Origin: the human T2T-CHM13v2.0 reference genome, Homo sapiens
Strand: one strand, 5' to 3'
DNA: 64,000 nt
NCBI RefSeq assembly: GCF_009914755.1
Contig: NC_060928.1
The position numbers were made by a program, and so were the translations under genes. Position 1 is the stretch's first letter. Each line of letters starts with the position of its first letter. Of this stretch, positions 53,108 to 64,000 are shown one piece after another. Under the pieces are notes generated by a model that saw only the letters and a list, made by a program, of their open reading frames with translations, ran no database searches and was not told the DNA's origin.

Positions 53108-53232
53108 GGCAGGGCACAGTGGCCCATCCCTATAGTACTGGGAAGTGAGATGAGAGGATCCCTTGAGCCCAGAAGTTGGAGTCTAGCCTGGGCAATGTAG
53201 TGAGACCCTGTCTCTAAACCAAAAAAAAAAAA
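53108..53232 (+). mobile_element. FLAM-type monomer Alu
   Basis: Monomer with A/GA tail; degenerate TSD gacaa(t/c)aggga. Confidence 0.8.
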
Positions 53233-53471
53233 GAAGAGAGAGAGAGAGGGAGAAATAGATAAAGGGACAACAGGGAGCTTTTTACCTTCTAAGAATTCTT
53301 GCCATTCTTGCCACATGTCTAAATATAGTCTGTTTGAACTGATGAATGCTTTTCCGAAAAATAATGCATGCCAATTTGTTTGAAAGGTAATGTCTATTCT
53401 CATGATTGTATTGATCTTTGACATGGCTTCAACTGGTAAAATATGAATAAACCAGTAACTTGCTTTCCAAG

Positions 53472-53620
53472 TAGAGTTTGCTCTTTACAGAATGGAATTA
53501 TCCTTTCCCCAATACTGATGAAACTTATTTAAATGATAAATGAGCAATGAAGGCTGCTGATCAGAAGGTTCCTGCTCACTGGAGATATTATGAGGGCTGA
53601 TATTTTAGACCCTGCCTAAT
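53472..53620 (+). pseudogene. Candidate pseudo-exon, C-terminal domain (limits approximate)
   Basis: EG followed by frameshifted LLIRRFLLTG at 53554-53583 (cf. GxxIxGLxLEG). Confidence 0.4.
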
Positions 53621-54500
53621 TCATTCTGAACACCCAACCAGGCATGTCTGTCCATAAAATTGACTTAGAAAGTAGATTTGCTGAGTTAACCAATGTAATA
53701 TGAAATATTTCCTAATTGCTTACATTCTGTGTGTCTGTGTGCAGGGGGGTTAAATATGAAAAAAAAATCATAATATATCTAACTACAGAGTTAAGAGGAA
53801 CAGTTCTTAGCGTTTCTAGTCACAAAGTAGAATTTAATCATTAGTATCGGCAGGCTGCCTGCCACTCATGCTCAGCACATACTGTCAAGGTATATTTTCT
53901 CAGACTTTCATATTTATTTGCTTGTCATGATTGTTTTGATATTCAGCAGACAAACTATGCCAAATGACTGACATGAGCAAATGCCAGGGAATATCAGGAG
54001 TGAAATAAGACAACAATTGAGTATATTATCATTTTAATGGTCTGTCTCACCCTGCTGAGGGTTGTGATTTTGTTCTGTTCCTAACTGTCATGCTTGATTA
54101 ACTAGATCCTGCTTTAGGTGTGTGATGTTTCAAGTTATACTCAGTCCTCTCTATTTAGCAAAATGCAGTTTCTGTGATCACAAAAACACTGAACTTCACT
54201 TACCTTTCATTCTCTATCTCCAGTATTAAAGAGGGCTGATGTGAATACAGCCCCTTTAATTAAAGAGGGGATATGTGAAACAAACTCTAATTTGATGAAA
54301 TTTGAGAAGTTATTTTTTTCATAACGTGTATTAATTAGGGAAATAGCACATTTAAAGCTGTTCATAAACTGGAATTGTTTTCAAATAGTACACAGAAAGA
54401 TATATTATTTGATGTCATCAGAATAGAATGGGATCGTATTAGAATAAAATTTTCAGATAAGTGAAGCATAAATCATCAGGCAATGTGACATTAAAAATAG

Positions 54501-56432
54501 TGATTGTATATTTAGAAAACCCCATTGTCTCAGCCCCAAATCTCCTTAAGCTGATAAGCAACTTCAGCAAAGTCTCAGGATACAAAATCAATGTGCAAAA
54601 ATCACAAGTACCCCTATACACCAATAACAGACAAACAGAGAGCCAAATCATGAGTGAACTCCCATTCACAATTGCTACAAAGAGAATGAAATACCTAGGA
54701 ATCCAATTTACAAGGGATGTGAAGGACCTCTTCAAGGAGAACTACAAACCACTGCTCAATGAAATAAAGGAAGACACAAACAAATGGAAGAACATTCCAT
54801 GCTCATGGATGAGAAGAATCAATGTAGTGAAAATGGCCATGCTGCCTAAAGTAATTTATAGATTCAATGCTATCCCCATCCAGCTACCAATGACTTTCTT
54901 CACGGAATTAGAAAAAACTACTTTAAATTTCATATGGAACCAAAAAAGAGCCCTCATAGCCAAGACAATTCTAAGCAAGAAGAACAAAGTTGGAGGCATC
55001 ATGCTACCTGACTTCAAACTACACCACAAGGCTACAGTAACCAAAACAGCACGGTACGGGTACCAAAACAGATATATGGACCAATGGAACAGAACAGAGC
55101 CCTCAGAAATAATACCACACATCTACAACCATCTGATCTATGACAAACCTGACAAAAACAAACAATGGGGAAAGGATTCCCTATTTAATAAATGATGCTG
55201 GGAATACTGGCTAGTCATATGTAGAAAGCTGAAACTGGATCACTTCCTTACACATTATACAAAAATTAACTCAAGATGGATTAAAGACTTAAATGTAGGA
55301 CCTAAAACCATAAAAACCCTAGAAGAAAACCTAGGCAATACCATTTAGGACATAGGCATGGGCAAAGACTTCATGCCTAAAACAGGAAAAGCAATGGCAA
55401 CAACAGCCAAAATTGACAAATGGGATCTAATTAAACTAAAGAGCTTCTTCACAGCAAAAGAAACTATCAGCAGAGTGAAAAGGCAACCTACAGAATGGGA
55501 GAAAATGTTTGCAATCTATCCATCTGACAAAGGGCTAATATCCAGAATCTACAAAGGGCTTAAACAAATTTTCAAGAAAAAAACACACAACCCCATCAAA
55601 AAATGGGTAAAGGATATGAACAGGCACTTCTCAAAAGAAGACATTTATGCAGCCAACAAACTTATGAAAAAGTGCTCATCATCACTGGTCATTAGAGAAA
55701 TGGAAGTCAAAACCACAATGAGATACCATCTCACGCCAGTTAGAATGATGATCATTAAAAAGTCAGGAATCAACAGATGCTGGCGAGGATGTGGAGAAAT
55801 AGGAACGCTTTTACGCTGTTTGTGGGAGTGTAAATTACTTCAACCATTGTGGAAGAGAGTGCAGGGATTCCTTAAGGATCTAGAACTAGAAATACCATTT
55901 GACCCAGCAATCCCATTACTGGGTATACACCCAAAGGTTTATAAATCATTCTACTATAAAGAAACATGCACATGTATGTTAATTGCAGCACTGTTCACAA
56001 TAGCAAAGACTTGGAACCAACACAAATGCCCATCAATGATAGACTGGATAAAGAAAATGTGGCACATATACACCATGGAATACTGTGCAGCCATAAAAAA
56101 GGATGAGTTCATGTCCTTTGCAGGGACATGGATGAAACTGGAAACCATCGTTCTCAGCAAAGTAACACAAGAAGAGAAAAACCAAACACCACATGTTCTC
56201 ACTCATAAGTGAGAGTTGAACAATGAGAACACGTGGACACAGGGAGGGGAACATCACATACTGGGGCCTGTTGGGGGGTGGGAGGCTGGGGGAGGGATAG
56301 CATTAGGAGAAATACCTAATGTAAATGATGAGTTGATGGATGCAGCAAACCAACATGGCACATGTATACATATGTAACAAACCTGCACGTTCTGCACATG
56401 TACCCCAGAACTTAAAGTATAATAATAAAAAA
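54501..56432 (+). mobile_element. 5'-truncated L1PA (PA7-like); ORF2 relic split by stops (ORFs 54461-55195 and 55358-56212)
   Basis: [34 protein letters not shown]...[13 protein letters not shown]; 3' UTR ending cttaaagtataataataaaaaa. Confidence 0.96.
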
Positions 56433-56443
56433 TATTGTTTGTT

Positions 56444-57798
56444 AGTTCTTGTGTTTTTCAGCTCCATCAGGCAGAAATAAGACTGCACATTTACAACCAT
56501 CTGATATTCGACAAACCTGACAAAAATAAGCAATGGGGAAAGGATTTCCTGTTCAATAAATGGTGCTGGGAGGACTGGCTAGCCATATGCAGAAAATTGA
56601 AACTTCCTTAAATCTTCTGCAAAAATGAACTCGAGATTAAAAACTTAAGTGTAAAACCCCAATTTATAAAAACTCTAGAAGAAAATACAGGCAATCCTTC
56701 TCAGGACATAGGCACGGGCAAAGATTTTATGATGAAAACAGCAAACGCAATTGCAACAGAAGCAAAAATTGACAAATGGGATCTAATTAAACCAAAGAGC
56801 TTCTGCACAGCAGAAGACACTATCAACAGAGTGAAGAGACAACGTACAGAATGGGAGAAAATGTTTGCAATCTGTCCATCTGACAAAGGTCTAATATCAA
56901 GAATTTACAAGGAACTTCAACAAATTTATAAGAAAAAAACAACCTCATTAAAAAGTGGGCAAAGGACTTGAACAGACACTTCTCAAAAGAAGACTTTTTT
57001 TCTGGCCAAAGAACATATGAAAAAAAGCTCAAAATCACTGATCATTAGAGAAATGCAAATCAAAACCACAATGAGATACCATCTCCTGACAGTCAGATGG
57101 CGATTACTAAAAAGTTAAGAAACATCAGATGCTGGTAAGGCTGTGGAGAAATAGGAATGTTGGTGAGGATGTAAATTAGTTCAACCATGTGGAAGACAGT
57201 GTGGCGATTCCTCAAAGACCTAGAAACAGAAATACCACTTGACCCAGGAATCCCATTACTAAGTACATACCTAAAGGAATAGAAATTATATTGTAAAGAC
57301 ACAGGCATGCATATGTTCATCACAGCACTATTCACGATAGCAGTCACATGGAATAAGCCCAAATGTCCATAAATGATAGACTGGATAAAGAAAATGTGGT
57401 ACATATACTCCATAGAATATTATGCAGTCATGAAAAAGAATGAGACAATGTCTTTGCAGGAACATGGATAGACCTGGAAGCCATTATCCTCAGCAAACTA
57501 ACATAGGAACAGAAAACCGAACACCTCATGTTCTCACTTATAAGTGGGAGGTGAACAATGAGAACACAGGGATGCAGGGAGGGGAACAACATACACTGGG
57601 GCTTGTCAGGGGTGGGTGTGGAGGGGGAGGGATACGATCAGAAAAAAATAATTAATTCATGCTGGGCTTGATACCTAGGTGATGTATTGATAGGTGCAGC
57701 AAACCACCATGGCACACATTTACCTATGCAGCAAACCTGCACATCCTACACATGTACCGCAAACTTAAAGTAAAATAAATAATAATTTAAAAAAAATA
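56444..57798 (+). mobile_element. Older 5'-truncated L1PA (PA10-13-like) with a short inverted ORF1 piece at its 5' end
   Basis: ORF2 3' relic and 3' UTR (acctaggtgatg...gcagcaaaccaccatggcac); 56444-56471 reverse complement encodes LMELKNT. Confidence 0.88.
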
Positions 57799-58068
57799 GA
57801 TCTAAACATGTCTATTCCTTTATTCTTAAACTGCAAAAACAAAATGCAATTTTGACAAATTCCTGAGACCTTAAAATGTTTACTTTTTTACTTTGAGCTG
57901 TTAAATTTTACATCTACTTTAATTTGGCTTTTAGTCTTGTCTTTAATGGTACCTGAGGTTTTCTATTTTGCCCTCCCTAAACTGATATGTAACTTCTAGA
58001 ATAAACTAAAAGGAAATATGCATTTGCGTGATAAAGAAAACTAAGCCCTAGTGATAAAACAAATACAG

Positions 58069-58076
58069 GTGTGTGT

Positions 58077-58124
<48 letters not shown>
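58069..58124. repeat. (TG)n microsatellite
   Basis: Direct reading. Confidence 0.95.
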
Positions 58125-58127
<3 letters not shown>

Positions 58128-58654
58128 GGGGCCTTTGGATAGCTATTTCTGTTTCTGAGATCCTGCCTCGGCTGACTTTTGGGTTTTTTGGCTGTGTTTG
58201 AAAGGTAGTGTTTGCCTGAAGGCATACTTCCTAATAAGTGGGATATTATTATTACAAAGTTTGCTTTTTATTTCTCAAATAATTTCCTAAATAAGAAACA
58301 AGACACAGTAAAGATACACAATAGTTCTCATAGGTTTAGATACCGGGGTTGCAAATCAAAATATTGCCTGCAGTAATAGCAAAGATATTCCCTCTCTTTA
58401 CATTTAAAATTCATGAAGTGACAGAAAAATTAAATAGCACCATAAATCAAATAATATATAAACATAGTTTAAACCCACACTCTGACTTCATAAGTCTTTT
58501 AAAGTTTAAGTGATTTTATAATAGCTGATTTTTGGCAAAGTTATTTCAAAGTGGCAGTTTAATATATAACTTGGAAAAAAAGTGAAAAACTGAATCCATA
58601 GGAGTTTGGGGAGACTATAGATCAGTGCAGACTCAAGTTATTTGGACATGTTTG

Positions 58655-58945
58655 GGGTTTCAAATATATATGTACATGACAATCACTTGGGCACTTGTTT
58701 AAAATGCAGATTCTTTTATAGCTCAATAGGTCTTAGACTCTGGAATGTAAATTTTAATGGCTACTACAGGCTTTTCTAATGTAGGCTATTCTTAGACCAC
58801 ACTTTTAAAAACTTGGTTAAGCTACTTACTATAGAAATACAGTCCACCTATTGGTGGCACCAGCTTGTTGGAAATTCTGAATCTCAGGCTCAACACCAGA
58901 GTCTGTAAAATCCTCAGCTGATTCATAAGCATAGTAAAGCACTGG
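58655..58945. mobile_element. MER5-family fragments
   Basis: aatcacttgggcacttgtttaaaatgcagattc; cttgttggaaattctgaatctcaggc. Confidence 0.55.
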
Positions 58946-59233
58946 TTGTAGCCTACTATTTACGAAGTCAAATAACTTTGTAAGTAACTTTTAAAGTAAC
59001 TCTGAAATCTATATTAAGGGCACAAAATATATTTAGATCCGGGAAGTGAAGAACTTTACATTAATCATAGGGACATGCTGGGACTTTAGGTGTTTGTGTC
59101 ACTACAAATACTGGAAGAAATGCCAAACACAAATCCTACTGTTTGTAGGTCTCCTGATGCTCAGGGAAATGTTTAAGATGTGAGTTCTGGCAATGGGAAC
59201 TTTCACTCTTTGACTGGAAATAGTGATGTCTCA

Positions 59234-59555
<322 letters not shown>

Positions 59556-59659
59556 TTATTAATTCCCTTTGAAGAAATTATTATGGCTCTTATATATGGG
59601 AAAGGATATTACTTAATGCAGGTAACTGCACTTTGCTTTCTTTTTAAAAGATGGCAGTT

Positions 59660-62600
59660 AATTTTTTAATTAGTAAACTTTATTTTTTAAGAGCAACTCT
59701 AGTGTTACAACAACATTGAGTGGAGAGTACTAAGAGTTTCTGGGTATCCCCTCTCCCCACACATGCAACCTCCTCCACTATCAACGCCTCATGCACAGTG
59801 GTATATCTGTTACAGTCAATGAACATTCATTGACACATCATCACCCAAAGATCAAAATTTTCATTAGGGTTCACTTTTGATGTTGCACATTATACGGGTT
59901 TTGAAAATGTATAATGACATGTATGCATCATGGTGGTAACATACAAGATATTTTCAATGGCCAAAATATAATCCGTATGCTGCCTATTCATCCTTCTTTC
60001 CCCACTGACTCCTGGCAACCACTGATATTTGCACAGTCTCCATTGTTTTGCCTTTTCCTGTATGTCGCGTATTGGGAAGCAAACAGTATGTAGCTTTTGC
60101 AGAATGACTTCTTTCACTTAGTAATATGAATTACAGTTTCCTCCAAGTCTTTTCATGCCTTGATAGCTCATTTCTTTTTAGCATTAAATAATATTCAATT
60201 GTCTGAGTGTACTAATTTATTTATCTATTCACCTACCAAAGGATAACTTGGTTTCCCTTAAGTATTAACAATTATAATGAATGCTACTACAAATATCTAT
60301 GTGCAGCTTTTTTTGTGTGTGTGGGTATAGTTTTCAATTATTAATTTGGGTAAATATCTAAGAATATAATTTCTGGATCATATTGTAAGAGTATGTTTAA
60401 TTTCGTAAGTAATTGCCAAAGGGTCTTATAAAGTGGTTGTACCATTTTGCAATCCCACAGGCAATAAATAAGAGTTTCTATTGCTCCACATCCTCATTAG
60501 AATTTGGAGTTATCAGTGTTTTAAATTTTGGCCATTCTAATAGGCTTGTAGTAGTAACTCATTGTTGTTTTAATTTGCAATTCCATAATGACATTTATAC
60601 ATTGTTGGATTCAACTTACTAAAATTTTGTTGAGAATTTCTGCAACTATATTTATGAGAGATGTTATGGCATAGTTCTTTTTTTCTTATAATATACTTGT
60701 CTACTTTTGGTACGAAAGTAATGATGACCTCAGAGAATGACTTAGAAAAAGTTATCAGTGCCTGTATCTTCTGAAAGAGATTGTAGAGAATCGGTAGAAT
60801 TTATTCCTTAAATATTTGGTAGAATTCATCAGTAAGCCCACCTGGGCTTGGTGCTTTCTTTTTTGGAAGGTTGTTGATTTTTTATTCAATTTCTTTAATA
60901 GATAAAGGCCTGTTCAGATTGTCTACTTCTCCTGTGAGTTTTGGCAGAGTTTATTTCAAGGAATTGGTACATTTGATTAAAGTTATCAAATTTGTAAGCA
61001 TAATATTGTTCATAAGAGTCTTTCATTGTTGTTTTAAAGTCCATGGTATTGCAATGATTTCCTTTCTTTTATTTATTATATTAGTAATTTGTGTCCCCTT
61101 TCTTTTTTTCTTGGTTAGCCTAGCTAGAGGCTAAATGAGTTTATTCACCTTTTCAAAGATCCAGCTTTTGGTTATTGATTTTCTCTGTTTATTTCCTTGT
61201 TTCATTTTCACTTATTTATGCTGTATTTTTCTTATTTATCTTCTTTTGCTGACTTTGAATTTACTTTCTCTTCTTTCTCAAGTTTTCTAATGTGCAAGCT
61301 CAGATTGTTGATTTTTAGATCTTTTTTCTTTTGTAGTATATTCTTTTGTTGCATCCCACAAATTTTGATGTTGTATTTTCATTTTCATTATTTCAAAATA
61401 TTTAAAATTTGTTCTTGAAATTTCTTCTTTAACCCACGTGTTATTTAGAAGTCTATTGTTTAATCTTCAAGTATTTAGGGGGATTTTCCAGCTCTCTTTC
61501 GGTTATTAATTTTTAACTTAATTCCACTCTGGTGTAAGAGCAGATATTGTATGATTTTTATACTTTTACATTTGTTAAAGTGTGTTTCATGGCCCAGAAT
61601 GTCCTCTATTTTGGTGAATGTTATGTGCGAGCTTGAAAAAAAAATTATAATCTGCTATTGTTGGATAAAGTAGTTGTCAGTTATATCCAGCTGAATGATG
61701 AGCTCAACGATGTTCTCACTGATTTTCTGTTTGCTGGCTCTGTGCATGTCTGATAGAGGAGTGTTAAAGTCTCCAACTGTAATAGTGAACTTTTCTATTT
61801 ATCGTGCAGTTCTGTTTTGCCTCATGTATTCTGGCACTCTCTTTTCAAGCACATATACATATGAATATATCTCTCTCCATCCCTTTGCCTTTCAATGTAT
61901 AGGTAGCTTTATATTTAAAGTGAGTTGCTTCTACTCAACATATAGTTGAGTCTTGCTGTTTTGATCCATTCAGACAGTCTCTAAGTGGTATATTCAGGTC
62001 ATTAATGTTTAAAGTGATTATTGATATAATTTGATTATCATCTACCACATTTGTTAGTTTTCTATTTGGTGTCACTGCTCTTTGTTTACATTTTTTGCAC
62101 AGTATCTCTACCTTTTGTGATTTTAATTGAGAATTTTATATGATTATATTTTTCTCCTTTCTAAGCATAACAATTACACTTCCTTTTTCACTGTATCCCT
62201 AGAGTTTACAGTATATATTTGCAACTAACCCAAGTCTACTTTCAAATAATGCTCTATGGCTTCATGGGTAGTAAAAGAACTTTATATCAGAAAAAAAATT
62301 CTAATTACTCCCCCCTCATCCCTTGTATCATTATTGTCATATATTTCACTAAGTTATTTATATATATATATTACATATTATATATATTAAACATTTATGT
62401 ATATGCATGTGTATGTATGTATTTAAGCCTACATAATTCAATACATTATTATTACTGTTTTAACAATTATTTATTAGATCAAATAAGACTAAGGAAATTA
62501 TGTTTTTATTTTACCTTCACATTTTCCTTCTCTGTTGCTCCTTTCTTTATGCAGACCCACGTTTTTGACCTATATCATTTTCCTTCTCTCTGAAAAAGCT

Positions 62601-63955
62601 TTTTTCTGCTTAATTTGTTATAATTTTTTATTAATAATATTTTCAATTGACAAATGATAATCAGAAATATGTAAGGGTTACAATGTGATGTTTTGATATA
62701 AACAGTGTGGAATGAGTAAATCAGCTAATTAACATATCCATCATCTCTCTTACCCATTTTTTTTTTGTGGTGAATTATTTGAAATTTACTCAGCTATTTT
62801 GAAATATATAATACATTATTATAAACCATAGTCAACATTACTGTGCAATAGTTCTCAAAAACCAATTTCTCCTGTCTAACTAAAACTTTTTACCCCTGGA
62901 AAATATCTTTTCATTTCCTCCTCCTTCTCCAGTCTCTGGGAACCACCATTCTACTCTCTACTTCTATGAATTTAACTTTTTTATTTGCCTTTCTCTGCAT
63001 GGCTTATTTCATGTAACACAATGCCTTCCAGCTCTATCAAAGAACTTCTTTCAACATTTTTTCTAAAGCAAGTCTACTGCCAACAAACTCTCTTTTTAAA
63101 AAAATTTTGTCCAACAAAGTCTTTATTTTTCCTTTGCTTTTGAAGGATAATTTTGCTGGGTACAGAATTTTAGTTTGGTGGTTTCTCTATCTTAAAGATT
63201 CAATTATTTAACTCCACTCTCTTCTTGCTGGCATGGTTTCTGATGGGTCAAATATAATCTTACCTTAACTCTGCTATACACAAGTTGTTTCTTTTCTCTG
63301 TCTTCTTTCCATATTTTTTATTTGTCATTAACTTTCTGAAGTTTTAATATGATATACATAGGTATAGTTTTTTTCATTTTTGTTTTTGTCATTTATCCTG
63401 CTTTATATTCTCTGAGCTCCTGGGCTTGTGGTTTGGAGTTTGGCATTAATTTGAGAAAATTCTCAGTCATTCTTGTTTCAAACATTTCTCCCATTCTGCA
63501 TAGGTTATAGCTTTTGTAGTTGTACCACGTTCATAGATAATCTGGTTTTATTTATGCAGTGTTTTTTTACTGTGCCTTTTAGTTTTTGAAGTTTCTCGTC
63601 ATACCCTGAAGTCAGATATTCTTTCTTAAGCATGTCTTCTCTACTAATGAGCCCATCAAAGGCAATGTTTATTTTTATACTGTTTTTGATATCTAGCATT
63701 TCTTTTATATTCTTTCTTAGAATTTCCACGTCTTTGTTTATATTTTTTTTGTATGTTATCATTTTATCCAATAAATCCCTCAGCACACTATTCATAGTTG
63801 ATTTAAATTCCTGGTCATTAAATTGAACATGCCTGCTTTATCTGAGTATTCTAATGCTTGTTCAGTCTCCTCACATTATGTTTTTTGTCTCTTTGTAATT
63901 TTTGCATGACAAGTGGACATAACGTACTGGTAAAATAAGGTGCAGAAAATAGGCC
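59660..63955 (-). mobile_element. L1MC-like element(s) with a nested L1 3' end at ~62615-63040
   Basis: Antisense 3' UTR, ORF2 and ORF1 relics (IKEMLDIKNSI...AFDGLISR). Confidence 0.8.
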
Positions 63956-64000
63956 TGTATAGTTTGTTTTCATGCTGCTGATAAAGACATACCCAGGAAT
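63956..64000 (-). mobile_element. THE1-type LTR end, cut by the window edge
   Basis: tgtat...ttttcatgctgctgataaagacataccc. Confidence 0.8.

Noticed and set aside
54461-56212. Longest ORFs in the window (244 and 284 aa)
   Set aside because: L1 ORF2p relics from a 5'-truncated copy with stops; not a host gene and not an active element.

Overview
AT-rich, repeat-dense primate (human-like) genomic DNA with no intact protein-coding gene. Most of the window is interspersed repeat: a truncated MER4 provirus holding a nested solo LTR12 (ERV9), solo MER31/THE1/MLT LTRs, several L1 copies, Alus, MIR/L2 and DNA transposon relics. The non-repeat islands hold about 30 exon-like segments on the + strand, most with AG/GT(GC) boundaries and many phase-compatible. 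Translated by hand, they give motifs of a dynein heavy chain motor domain in the correct order (AAA1, AAA2, AAA3, AAA4, stalk/MTBD, AAA5/buttress, AAA6, C-terminal domain) across ~1-53,600. The segments carry stops, frameshifts, a degenerate AAA1 P-loop and TE insertions inside an exon. Best interpretation: a fossil, highly divergent dynein-heavy-chain-like gene (unprocessed pseudogene). All alignments and repeat-family calls were made by eye from remembered consensus sequences and need tblastn/HMM/RepeatMasker confirmation.
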